Origin: Bdellovibrionota bacterium FG-1
GTDB lineage: Bacteria; Bdellovibrionota; UBA1018
Assembly: GCA_051382295.1 (NCBI GenBank)
Contig: JBBCAW010000012.1
Location: forward strand, 128,001-192,000
Reading direction: 5' to 3'
Length of the DNA stretch: 64,000 nt
Each line of letters begins with the position of its first letter. Positions within the stretch are counted from its first letter, which is position 1. The notes beneath the pieces were generated by a model. That model made no database searches. It saw nothing but the letters and a program-made list of their open reading frames with translations, and had not been told where the DNA came from. A program made the translations under genes and the position numbers. This document shows positions 1-10,500 of the stretch, piece by piece.

Positions 1-3000
1 GATCCCCGATCCGCTACTGCCCCAACATCGAAGGGATTGGTCGTCCAAGAGAGCGCAAGTGTTTTGGTCACCAACGACCACTTTGAGGGCATAGCGGTTG
101 CTGCCGAGATTGACAGGGGGTAAATCATTTCCCATTGGGCCTACTCCGTCGCCGCGGGTCATTGCATCTCCTAGGCCGAGCTGGCCAGCGGAATTTAAAC
201 CCCAGCATTTGATTGCTCCCTGTGGGGAGGATAGGGCGCAGGCAGAGGCGTTGCCCATGCTGATTTGGGTCACCGCAAAACTTGCTCCCAAATTAATTGC
301 ACTCAGACCCGTCATTGATCCATTCGTATTTCCTCGGCTGGTTGTGTCTCCTTGCCCGAGCTGGCCAGCCCCGTTCAAGCCCCAGCATTTGACGTATCCG
401 TTATCTAAAATGGCACAGGTACTTGAAGACCCCGCCGCGATGGCTACAGCGGTTCGGCCCGCACCCAGGTTGACAGATGGAATGGATTGGGTGTCGTAAG
501 GAGGCGTGGCAGTGTAGCCTCGTGAAGTGGTGTCATCGACGCCCAATTGGCCGTACAAGTTATCTCCCCAGCAACGGACTTGACCTGTTTGGGTGAGTGC
601 GCAGTTATGGTATCCACCGGAGGCGATATCGATCATGGTGAGTCCGGCATCGCCAAAGTCAACGGGGAGGACTGTTGACATAGAATTGACATCATTTCCT
701 TTGGAAAGAGTGTCGTTTTGCCCAAGTGCACCTGTCCCGTTGTATCCCCAGCATTTGACGGAATGGTTGTCCAAGAGTGTACAGGTATGGCGGTTTCCTG
801 CCGTGACTTTGAGAGCGGTTCGACCCGCGCCTAAGTCCACGACAGGTAGGATGTCACCCAGGGAGCCCGGTAGATCTCCAATTTTGGTGCCGTTTGAGAG
901 GTTCAGCCCAAGCTGGCCATCTGTGTTCCCTCCCCAGCATTTGACTTGGCTATTATCCAACAAGGCGCAGGTATGGTAATAGCCCAGTGCGACCTGGACG
1001 GCTCTTCGACCGCTGCCGAGTTGCACCGGAGGGAGGTTGTTGCCCATGGTGTTGATGCCGTTTCCACGCGAAACGTTATTTTCAAGTCCGAGTTGGCCAT
1101 CCCCGTTTTGGCCCCAACATTTAAGATCACCGCTCTCTAAAATTGCGCAGGCATGAGCCGAACCTATTTCTAGCTTCAGAACACGACGACCGCTGCCGAG
1201 TTGCACGGCAGGTAATGCATTTCCCATTTGGTTGCTAGTCCAACCGAGTTGTGAGGCGTGATTGAGGCCGAGCTGGCCATTACCATTAGAGCCCCAGCAT
1301 TTGATGTGGCTATCCATGAGAAGTGCGCATGTATGTTCAGTCCCAGTTGTAATCTGTTTGACGATCGCGTTGGTTCCTAGATTGACGGGGTAGAGTAGGT
1401 CTCCCATTTCATGCCCGGCAACGGCCTTGTCATCGCCGTGTGTATCCATTGTTTCGAGCCCTAGTTCTCCAGCGTTATTGTTTCCCCAGCATTTGATCAG
1501 TCCATTGTCCAGGTGCACACAAACATGCCAGTTTCCCATGGAGAGAGATGTTGCGATTCGTCCGCTTCCCAAGGAAACCGGAAGGAGTCCATCGCCCATG
1601 GTGGCTACGGTACTTCCACGATTATTCTTATCTCCTTGGCCGAGTTGCCCATAGTCATTATTGCCCCAACATTTGACAGTGCCATTATCCAATAGAGCGC
1701 AGGCACTGAAGAGGCCAGCGGCAATCGCTTTTGCTTTTTGTCCTGTTCCTAAATTAATAGGGATTAGATTTTGGAGGGTATGATCTGCCGCATTTGTATC
1801 GCCGCGACCGATGACATCTCCTTGGCCGAGTTGTCCATAGACATTGTTGCCCCAGCACTTGACCGATCCATCGTCTAAAAGTGCGCAACTAAAGTCTTGC
1901 CCCAACGCAAGGGAGGTTGCTGACCGTCCGGAACCCAAATAGACAAAGTCTAAAGCATCTCCCATTGTGTTTGGACTGGAACCAAAGGGATTAGTGGTGT
2001 CGTAACCGAGCTGGCCAGAGCCATTACCGCCCCAACATTTAACTCCGCGGTTGACCAAACCATCAGAGACAATGGCGCAGCTGTGAAAGGCTCCCGTTGC
2101 AACGGCAAAGGCAGTTGCTTGACTTCCAAGATTGATGTCGGGAGATTGAGCGGCGGAATTTCTTGCGGTGATGTCCTCATATCCGAGTTGCCCATAGCCA
2201 TTATTACCCCAACATCGAATTTTGCCGGACTCTAAAAGGACGCACATATGCTCATTTTTTACAGTGATGAATACGGGCAAACCACTTCCCGCAATGAGGG
2301 GAACCGCAGGAAGCTCATAGCCCATTTGTGAACCTGGACTAGGCGAGTCTCCACGGCTGTTATAATCGCCAATTCCCAGTTGTCCCGATAGGTTATTTCC
2401 CCAACATTTGAGAGCGCCGTTATTTAAAAGGGCGCAGGTTTGGTTACCCCCTGCGGCGATTTGTAACGGTTGAATGTCGAGGGTGCCTAGCCCTGAAAAA
2501 ACTTGAGAGGTGACTAGCGTGGCTCCTTGGGTGCTGTATTCGATTTGCAAAGTATCTACGATGGGCCCGTCTTTGGGCGGTTCAAAGGATACAAAAATGA
2601 TGCATGCATAGCCAGACTCAAGGGTTAATCCGATCCCGCAATTTCCCCCGTCTCCCGGAAATGAATGCCCCAGAAAATCGAGGGTGGGTTTCGATGCAAA
2701 ACCCGGAGCCGATGAAAGTATAAGCGGGCTATTGCTTTGGTTTTTCAGCATGAACGACCGACTCACGGGTGTACCGGCATATCGTGATCCAAAATCAGTT
2801 GAAAGCAAGCTGAGCGGTTCGATCATCAAAGCTTGTGGAATGGTGGGCGAGGGCAGGGGGCTTGGCGATGAATCCGGACCACCAATCAAAGGCCCTGTGA
2901 TCGTCGGGCCATCGTTATTGGTAGTGCTGGTCGTTGGCGAAAAATCTTCAACGCTCCAATCCATCTCCGCCTTAAAGCATCCCCCGAGTCCCAGAGGGAG

Positions 3001-3057
3001 CAGGAGTGCTACGCCAAACGCGCGGAGAGATTTTGGAAAAAGAAACGCAGACCGCAT
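1..3057 (-). CDS. RCC1-repeat (beta-propeller) lipoprotein, 3' end runs off the window
   Basis: Not in the ORF track because it is truncated. ATG at 3057 reads MRSAFLFPKSLRAFGVALLLPLGLGGC (lipobox). About 14 repeats of (H/Q)xCALLxxGxxKCWGxNxxGQLG spaced ~180-190 bp, in the same frame at the positions checked (1, 1111, 2398). Confidence 0.9.
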   Translation of the reverse strand, partial: MRSAFLFPKSLRAFGVALLLPLGLGGCFKAEMDWSVEDFSPTTSTTNNDGPTITGPLIGGPDSSPSPLPSPTIPQALMIEPLSLLSTDFGSRYAGTPVSRSFMLKNQSNSPLILSSAPGFASKPTLDFLGHSFPGDGGNCGIGLTLESGYACIIFVSFEPPKDGPIVDTLQIEYSTQGATLVTSQVFSGLGTLDIQPLQIAAGGNQTCALLNNGALKCWGNNLSGQLGIGDYNSRGDSPSPGSQMGYELPAVPLIAGSGLPVFITVKNEHMCVLLESGKIRCWGNNGYGQLGYEDITARNSAAQSPDINLGSQATAFAVATGAFHSCAIVSDGLVNRGVKCWGGNGSGQLGYDTTNPFGSSPNTMGDALDFVYLGSGRSATSLALGQDFSCALLDDGSVKCWGNNVYGQLGQGDVIGRGDTNAADHTLQNLIPINLGTGQKAKAIAAGLFSACALLDNGTVKCWGNNDYGQLGQGDKNNRGSTVATMGDGLLPVSLGSGRIATSLSMGNWHVCVHLDNGLIKCWGNNNAGELGLETMDTHGDDKAVAGHEMGDLLYPVNLGTNAIVKQITTGTEHTCALLMDSHIKCWGSNGNGQLGLNHASQLGWTSNQMGNALPAVQLGSGRRVLKLEIGSAHACAILESGDLKCWGQNGDGQLGLENNVSRGNGINTMGNNLPPVQLGSGRRAVQVALGYYHTCALLDNSQVKCWGGNTDGQLGLNLSNGTKIGDLPGSLGDILPVVDLGAGRTALKVTAGNRHTCTLLDNHSVKCWGYNGTGALGQNDTLSKGNDVNSMSTVLPVDFGDAGLTMIDIASGGYHNCALTQTGQVRCWGDNLYGQLGVDDTTSRGYTATPPYDTQSIPSVNLGAGRTAVAIAAGSSSTCAILDNGYVKCWGLNGAGQLGQGDTTSRGNTNGSMTGLSAINLGASFAVTQISMGNASACALSSPQGAIKCWGLNSAGQLGLGDAMTRGDGVGPMGNDLPPVNLGSNRYALKVVVGDQNTCALLDDQSLRCWGSSGSGI

Positions 3058-3412
3058 ACCCCTAGTTTAGCGTAAATACCTTAACTTGACTAATTTAATA
3101 TAATATATAAGTGACTGATATTGCATGATAATAATATAAATTGTTCACGGAGGTAAACATTCGGTCAACCCATTTTCGTAGGAACTCACCCCATCAAATA
3201 GACACTCTTTTCGGGTGCGAGCGGGATGCGAGCGAGTCAGAGAGGAACAACCACGAAGGGCGTTAAACTTCTCGAGCAAGAATTTATTCACCAAATATCT
3301 CTCTGATTTTGTCCTTGACGAAAATCCCACCCACTTGCCCAATGATGGGCTTTAAATGCTTTATGGGGCGATCTTTTTGGTGCTCAGTCGACCTCGCAAA
3401 AATGGCTCTAAA

Positions 3413-3427
3413 AAAACTCGTGTTACA
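3413..3427 (+). promoter_or_regulatory. Motif AAAACTCGTGTTACA just upstream of HNH gene 1, shared with the HNH gene 2 leader
   Basis: 13/15 identical to 19817-19831; both lie 9-12 nt before the ATG. Confidence 0.4.
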
Positions 3428-3439
3428 GACATCTCATCT

Positions 3440-4383
3440 ATGAGAAATCACCAAATCGTCTTAGCGGAGATCAAAAACGCAGTCGCGGAAGAACGGAAGT
3501 GTCAGCTCAAGGTGCTGCATCTGCTCCGCGAAGTGGAACGCGACGGACATTATCTGGAGATGGGCTACCCATCCTTATTCGAGTTTGCAACACAAGCCTT
3601 GGGATACTCTTCTGGTCCGCCCATCGCCGCATCCAGTCCATGCGGCTACTCAAAATTTTGCCAGAAATGGAGAGTAAGATCGAGGATGGCAGCCTCTCTC
3701 TTTGCGTTGCAGCCAAGACCCAGAGTTTTTTTCGTACCGAGGATCAGAAACGTAAAAGCGAGGGCGACGAAAAACTTGGCCTGCAAGCCAAACAAGAAAT
3801 CGCCCAGTCGATGCTCGGCACCTCGATGCGGGAGTGTGAAAAAAAGTTGACGAAGATTTCGCCTGAGTCTGCTCTTCCACCCGAGAAGACAAGGGAACTT
3901 TTACGGGGTAAGACCTTGATCCAGTTTTCCGCAGACGCAGAATTGATGGAAAAGATCGAGAAACTTAAAGGCTTGCTGGCTCATCAAAATCCCGATGGCA
4001 GTTACGAAGGGCTGTTTGAGATTCTAGCCGAGTTGGCCCTAAAAAAGATCGAGCCTAAGAAACCAAATCCAGAAACGTCTCCAAAAACGTCTAACGATGA
4101 CGCAAATAACCCCTCCGTTTCCACGTTGGAAACGCAGAGGTCCCGCACCATTCCGGCGGAGGTCAAAAGGCAGGTCTTTGCACGTGATGGTGGATGTTGC
4201 ACCTATCAAGATCAGAGCACAGGCAAGCGTTGTGGAAGTCGCTTTGCGATTGAGTATGACCATATCCATCCGTTCGCCTGGGGAGGGGAGACAATTGTAG
4301 AAAATTTGCACCTTCGGTGCAAACGCCATAACGCTTATACAGCGCAAAAGCAGGGACTGATTCGCGATTCAAAACCGCTTTGA
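3440..4383 (+). pseudogene. HNH endonuclease (long helical N-terminus plus C-terminal Zn-HNH), split by a 1-nt frameshift near 3616
   Basis: MRNHQIVLAEIKNAVAEERK...LGYSSG continues in another frame as SAHRRIQSMRLL...CTYQ...RCGSRFAIEYDHIHPFAWGGETIVENLHLRCKRHN. The joined sequence aligns with the intact paralog at 19841. Confidence 0.8.
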
Positions 4384-4574
4384 GTTCACTCCGTCTTTAA
4401 TCGTCACTTTACCTGGTGGCGCATGGTCTCCTACAAACCTGGGACAATATCGAATTTCTTATGAATGGGGTAAACCCAGACGCTTTTCGCCTCCGATGTC
4501 AAGTATCTGACAGCTCTCCAACGAGTTGCGTTTTATACTGCATAAAATGCTAACTCTGAGAGATAATTGAGATC

Positions 4575-5501
4575 ATGCAATTCAGGGGTGTGGTTTCAAC
4601 TTGGATCATCGCTCAGATGCTTTTTTGCACTTACCCTGCTTTTGCAAGCAAGCAAAAGACGAGCGTCAGACGAAAAGTATTTTTGGAGCAGACTTATGAT
4701 CAGCCGTTTTCCGGATTTTCGGCACTCTCCAAGTACCTCTATGGCGGCGACCCGTCTTTCGCAAAAATTTTAATAAACTCCAATCCCGAACTTTCCGCCC
4801 CGATCCCGGCAGACGTGACAATCCGGTACCCCGCGCCAGTTTATCGCGTCGAAACCGGTGACACTTTGGGCGAAATTTCGGCACTTTGGGTCGGTCCGGG
4901 GAGCCATAATTTCAACCGCTTGTGCAAGCTGAACCCCACCGTCTCCTTTGATCAAATCCGGGCGAAACAAACCCTCATCCTGCCGCGAATCCCTGACGCC
5001 CAGGAAAAGGAACGCCTTTTATCATTGTGGCTTGGGATAAATCGGAAAGAACCCGCGCCCACTTCGATCCAGAGGCCCCTCCCCAATAAACCAACCGAGG
5101 TCCCATCGACCAGAACTCCAATTACATCCCCCTTCCATCCCGGTGATTCTGCCGAACGTCTCGCCCTGGTCAAATGGTACCTGGAGCGACTCGAAAACAA
5201 GGAAAATCGTGATCGAACCAATCTGATGATCGCGGATTTAAGGGCCCACACCGACCCCAAGGACTGGGATGCCTGGTACACCATCGGCCAATATTTTTTC
5301 AAAATAGGTGAATTCACTGAAGCTCATCACGGATTTTCAAATGCCTTGAAATCTCCCGATGCGCCCATTCAAGTGGGCCTGCTCTACCTGCGCTCAGCCG
5401 CTCAGGCCAAGGTCGCGATTTCGGCCAAAGAAAAATCGTCCCTTTTTGAACGCTTTTCAGCTCTTGAACAACTCTTGAACGGCGAACAGGAGGGGCAATG
5501 A
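4575..5501 (+). CDS. Secreted LysM-domain protein with C-terminal TPR-like helices
   Basis: Signal peptide; YRVETGDTLGEIS...LNP...QTLILP (LysM); WDAWYTIGQYFFKIGEFTEAHHGFSNAL (TPR-like). Confidence 0.7.
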   Translation: MQFRGVVSTWIIAQMLFCTYPAFASKQKTSVRRKVFLEQTYDQPFSGFSALSKYLYGGDPSFAKILINSNPELSAPIPADVTIRYPAPVYRVETGDTLGEISALWVGPGSHNFNRLCKLNPTVSFDQIRAKQTLILPRIPDAQEKERLLSLWLGINRKEPAPTSIQRPLPNKPTEVPSTRTPITSPFHPGDSAERLALVKWYLERLENKENRDRTNLMIADLRAHTDPKDWDAWYTIGQYFFKIGEFTEAHHGFSNALKSPDAPIQVGLLYLRSAAQAKVAISAKEKSSLFERFSALEQLLNGEQEGQ

Positions 5502-6571
5502 TCGTCGCCTTCTGGCTTCTACTTGCGCTGCTCTGTTTTCCAATCCCAACGTGGGGAGCCGATCAAGTCTCTTCAGATGCCACCGCTGAACTGACCCGGG
5601 TTGAAATGGTCTCCCGAGGCAGCAAAGCCCCCTTCGTTCAATTAGTCCCACAAAATGTTCCGATTTTGCTCGAGAAAGCTCCCGAGGGCGGATGGCTGTT
5701 GTCCCTCCGCTTTCGTTCAGAATTGGGCGAACTCAATATTCTTTCAGGCCAACAAGTCAAATTTTTGAAACGTGGTGAAGTGACTCTGCCGGTACGGATT
5801 CAGACCGGGAGCAATAGCATCAAAATAACCGTTGTTCTGGCCACGGGGGCGACCGCCGACTATGAGGTCATTGCAGACGTGAAGTTGTTGACTCCCGAAC
5901 AAGGGGATCCTCGCGGGTTTTTTATCATCGCACCTCTGGTTTACCAACGGTCGATTTCTCGCCAAGGCAGCGCGATTACTGATCCGGGCACTGCGTCTGC
6001 AATGATGCCGGGACTTCGTGGGATTTTCAGACGGCGGCTTTTCAAGAACTTCACGGACCGCCTCCCCGCGAAGATCAAGATTTTTTTCGACGGCTCCGGC
6101 ACTCTCGGAAAAACGATGGGGGGAGACGAAGGTGCGCAGGGAATGCCCTTCTGGGGCGACGCTCGCATGACCTTCGAACTTTTTCAAGCAAGTGATCTCC
6201 GTATCGAACTCGGCACGGGATACAGTATTTTTGCACCGATGCTCACCACCTCCCGGCCCGGTGACATCGAGCAGTTTTCTGGCTTTGTGTTTTCCGCACG
6301 CCTCGGCTATCCCTTAACCAAAAAATTATTCGGACTCATGGGAGGCGCTATGACCTTTCCCTCGACGGCCAACTCGACCACCAGCGTTTTTGTTTCTCAG
6401 CCACTTGAACTTTTCGCTTCGCTTTCCACTCCCTGGGGAAGTAACTCCTTTATTGAACTTCGGCTGAAATATTATGCACTCTCCACGATGGGCACGATCT
6501 TCCAGTCGGGAAATCTGGAACGCAAGGAAAGTTACCTCGGGCCCGAATTGCTATGGGTCAACAAATTTTGA
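5498..6571 (+). CDS. Hypothetical secreted protein, probable C-terminal outer-membrane beta-barrel
   Basis: ATGA overlap with the upstream gene; signal peptide; alternating beta-strand pattern; C-terminal Phe (WVNKF). Confidence 0.6.
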   Translation: MIVAFWLLLALLCFPIPTWGADQVSSDATAELTRVEMVSRGSKAPFVQLVPQNVPILLEKAPEGGWLLSLRFRSELGELNILSGQQVKFLKRGEVTLPVRIQTGSNSIKITVVLATGATADYEVIADVKLLTPEQGDPRGFFIIAPLVYQRSISRQGSAITDPGTASAMMPGLRGIFRRRLFKNFTDRLPAKIKIFFDGSGTLGKTMGGDEGAQGMPFWGDARMTFELFQASDLRIELGTGYSIFAPMLTTSRPGDIEQFSGFVFSARLGYPLTKKLFGLMGGAMTFPSTANSTTSVFVSQPLELFASLSTPWGSNSFIELRLKYYALSTMGTIFQSGNLERKESYLGPELLWVNKF

Positions 6572-6587
6572 AATAACAAGAGGGTTC

Positions 6588-7367
6588 ATGCCCAGATTCG
6601 TCCTTCATTTTCGCCTCACTTTTGCATTACTTTGGCTGTCGCATCTTTCGGTGCAGACGCTGGCGTTTGCCTATAAAGGCTCGGACTATCTGATCCCCGC
6701 AGGAGCTGGTGTGAGTTCCCCTGCTTTGTCGAGTGGCGTTTTCGACAACCCGGCAGTGTTTTCTGAAAAAACCGATTTTCAGCTCAATGCTGGTTATTAT
6801 TCGAGCTCCCTGCAGTTTTTGAAATCGGGCGTGGCCGCGGGAATGCTGGCCTCTAGTTCAAAATTCGGATTTTCGGGCTCGGTGCTCTCCATTCCGTCTC
6901 TGGGTTCAAGCAGCACTTACTTTTTGCTCGGAAGCAGTTATGCGTTTAAAAACAGCTTTCACCTCGGCGTGGGAATGTTGTATTCGATGGAGACTGGTGC
7001 CGGAGTGAATTTGGGCCTGCTTTATTCTGTCAATAGTGCGACCGAATTTGGGTTTGTGGTCTACGGTTTGAAGGACCTGGGTGCGGGACTCACCTTTTAT
7101 CTCTCTCGGCGGGTCAGACTTGTTCTGGATTTTGGATTGGAATCCTTCTCCGTGATCGCCTATAAACCGGGCCTTCTGGTCACTGCCGGAATTCTTCAGC
7201 TCGGTTGTTCCGTGGGAGGCAGCGTGCAAAATGCCGCGACCAACACAGCATTCTCTCCGGGTCCGGCATATTCAATGGGTATTCTTTCAAGGAATGGTAG
7301 CAGTCTTACCTTTAGTTATAATCACCAGGGCGTGGTGATTCTCAATTCCGCAATTACGATAAAATAG
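6588..7367 (+). CDS. Hypothetical outer-membrane beta-barrel-like protein
   Basis: Signal peptide after MPRFV; DNPA motif near the N-terminus; Gly/aromatic-rich beta strands. Confidence 0.55.
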   Translation: MPRFVLHFRLTFALLWLSHLSVQTLAFAYKGSDYLIPAGAGVSSPALSSGVFDNPAVFSEKTDFQLNAGYYSSSLQFLKSGVAAGMLASSSKFGFSGSVLSIPSLGSSSTYFLLGSSYAFKNSFHLGVGMLYSMETGAGVNLGLLYSVNSATEFGFVVYGLKDLGAGLTFYLSRRVRLVLDFGLESFSVIAYKPGLLVTAGILQLGCSVGGSVQNAATNTAFSPGPAYSMGILSRNGSSLTFSYNHQGVVILNSAITIK

Positions 7368-7384
7368 GCACCCACTGTGTCATC

Positions 7385-7414
7385 CCAGACCCATTCTTAC
7401 CAGACCCATTCTTA
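7385..7414. repeat. Perfect 2 x 15-bp tandem direct repeat CCAGACCCATTCTTA
   Basis: Read directly in the intergenic region. Confidence 0.9.
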
Positions 7415-7451
7415 ACTTTGCCGTAACTCTACATATTCTTTGCTTAATTAA

Positions 7452-7484
7452 TTGACTTGAGAAGTCAACTCATCTTGCCGATAA
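7452..7484 (+). promoter_or_regulatory. Inverted repeat TTGACTT-GAG-AAGTCAA overlapping a putative sigma28 (FliA) promoter (-10 GCCGATAA at 7477-7484)
   Basis: Exact FliA -10 consensus 27 nt before the ATG of the giant gene; the -35 is only partial (TTGAG). Confidence 0.45.
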
Positions 7485-7510
7485 TTAAATATATAGGACG
7501 TATGTAAAGC

Positions 7511-10500
7511 ATGACTTTCACAAATGTGAAAACAGGATTGATGGCGATAAGCTACGGGCTCCTTTTGGGGCTTTCAGCAGGCTGTAATAAGGTAAACGAT
7601 GCGTTCACGCCACTCGCGGTGACAAGTAGTGGAGCGGGTGAGGAACCGACCGTCCTGGCACCTTCTGGGCTGGTTTGGACCGACAATAGTGGAACTTCTA
7701 TTGCTCTTTCATGGGCGGACAACGCCACCAATGGCGCCAACTACGAAGTGGAGAGTTGCATTGGCGCCGCTTGTACAGATTTCGCGCCGGTTCCTGGGTC
7801 TCCTTTCGGCGCTCACCTGACCAGTTACACTGCCGGGTCCCTCACTCCCAGCGCCACCTACCGCTTTCGCTTCCGGGCGTTGGCCGGCAAATCACCCAGC
7901 CCCTGGATTGAGTCCGGTGACACCATCGCCTTCGCGGGTTTGGCCTTGGCTGACCAGATTTCGTCCACCAGCGTACACCTGAGCTGGATCGCCGCCGCCG
8001 CCGCCGCAAATTACTTGATCTATGACGCCACGGGCGCCACTCCCGCGTTGCTCTCCACCGTGAACAGCGGAAGCAGTGCCGCGACGATTACGGGGCTGAC
8101 TCCATCGACGACCTATAAACTGAGAGTCAAGACCGTGGATGCAGCCGGAAATTTCGACCACAACTCCCACGACGTGGAAGTCACCACCCTGCCGAGTGTA
8201 CCCGCTGACCTTGGCGCACCATTGACACCCACTGTGCTTGCCGCCGGTACGATTACCACCACCTCGATCCCGATCACCTGGACGGACAACGCGACCAGCG
8301 AAACCTCTTATCAGATCCAACGCTGCTCCGGTACCGGCTGCTCTAATTTCGCGGATGTGACGGGTAATCCCTTTGCGATCAATCTCACTGCCTTTTCAGA
8401 AGGGGGCCTGACCCCGAACACAATCTATCGTTATCGAGTCCGAGCCACCAATGGTGCGGGTTCCAGTGCCTGGCTCACTTCGAGTGACTTGACGACGTTA
8501 CAAACCGCTCCCAATGCGCCGACTACGCTGGCCTGGACCGTAAATTCCGGGACTACCCTCGGTTTCAGTTGGACGGATAACGCTACCAACGAATCCTCTT
8601 ACGTCGTGGAAAGCTGCCAGACGGCGGGATGCGTGGACTTCACGCCCATCACCGGTTCACCGTTCGCGGCGAACACGACCTCGGCTACTCTTTCGGGGCT
8701 GACTGCTGCCACCTATTATCGAGTGCGAGTCTCCGCGAGTAATTCAGGGGGAAGTAGCAGCTCACTGATTAGCGGCAACCTCTTTACCTTCGCAGGGCTG
8801 AGTGCCGCAACGGCATCGGATGCCAACACGGTCCACCTGACCTGGAACAACGCCGGACTCGCCTCCTACTACACCCTCTACGATGTCACTTTGGGTACCC
8901 CGATCTTTGTGACGAGCATCGCAGGAGCGGCTTCGTCCTATGATGTGACAGGCCTCACTCCCTCGACCCACTATACCTATCGCCTGCGTGCTACGAACTC
9001 CAGTGCAGTCACTGAACTCAATGTCAACGATGTATCGGTCACCACACCCGCCCTTGCGGCTCCCGCGGCTCCGACGGCTCTCGTTGCTCTGGGTGGAACC
9101 CCCACCAGCTTGTCGATGAGTTGGACGGATAACGCCACCAACGAAACATCCTACGTGATTCAAAGCTGTACGGGCGCCGGATGTTCTAACTTCGCGGCGG
9201 TCACCAATTCGCCCTTTGCAGCGAATAAGACCTCCTACACCGCAAGCAGTCTGAGTGCGGGCACTACTTATAGTTTCAGAATTCGGGCCAGCAATTCGGC
9301 CGGCGACAGTAGCTGGCTGAGTGCAACGGATCTCGCGACCCCTTCTCCTGCGTCCGTGGGTTCAATCAGCAAAATAGATGGAGACACTCAGACCGATAAT
9401 CGCAGTAACACGCTGGCGACCGCGCTCAAAGTTCGGGTCCTCGACGCGCAGAGCGCGCCGGTGGTGGGAGCCTCGGTTGACTGGACCGTTCTTACCGGAG
9501 GTGGATCAGTAAGCGCTGCCACCAGCGTGAGCGACGGGACCGGCTACGCCACCATTAGCTTTACGCTTGGAACATTAGTCGGTGCTCAAAGCGTTAAGGC
9601 GGCCATAACGACAAACAACACTCTGAACGTCACCTTCACCGCCACTGCGACCAATCCTGCTGCCAGCTCAGTCATCTTGGTATCGGGTGATGCCCAAACT
9701 GCATACACGGGCCGGGACCTGGCACTGCCCCTTAAAGTTCGAGTGAGAGATTCACTTTCGCGCCCCATTGAAGGCCTGACTATCGACTGGACCAAGACCG
9801 GGACTGCCACTTTAGGCTCCGCAAGCAGCGTCACCGATTCTGCGGGCGAAGCCACCAGCACGGTCACGGTAGGTTCGAGTGCCTCCACCATTCAGGTCAC
9901 GGCAACTGTTGCGAGCAATACTGCACTGACGCAGGTTTTTAATTTCACTTCGACCGTTCCGACGGCTTCCACGATCGTGGCGACATCCGGAAATAGTCAG
10001 AGCGCGCCCGTCAGCTCGACGTTGGGCACGCCTTTTACGGTCACCGTTAAGGACGCCGGGGCCCTGGTCGTTGTGGGCGCCACCATCGATTGGAGTATCA
10101 CCGCTGGAGGGGGCTCGCTCAGCAGTGCTTCCGGTGCCACCAACAGTTCTGGGCAGGTTTCCACCACCTCGACACTTGGGGTCGCTGCCGGTACCCAAAC
10201 CGTGACGGCCACGGTCCATGGAACGGCGGTCACCGTCACGTTTACCACCACTGCCACTCCCATTCCCGGATCACTTGCAATCGTTCAGGGCAATTCGCAA
10301 ACTGGATACACTCAAACTGCATTGGCGACCGCGCTCTCCGTTCGAGTTTTGGACACCAATGGCCAAACTATTGCGGGCTCCACGATCAACTGGACAACGA
10401 CCGCGGGGAACGGGTCTCCTAGCGGTGCCACTTCTCTCACTGATGCTAATGGCTTGGCTTCAATGACCTGGACGCTTGGAAGCACGGTAGGAGCCGAAAC

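Noticed and set aside
98..3070. Plus-strand ORFs over 98-3070
   Set aside because: Antisense shadows of the RCC1-repeat gene.
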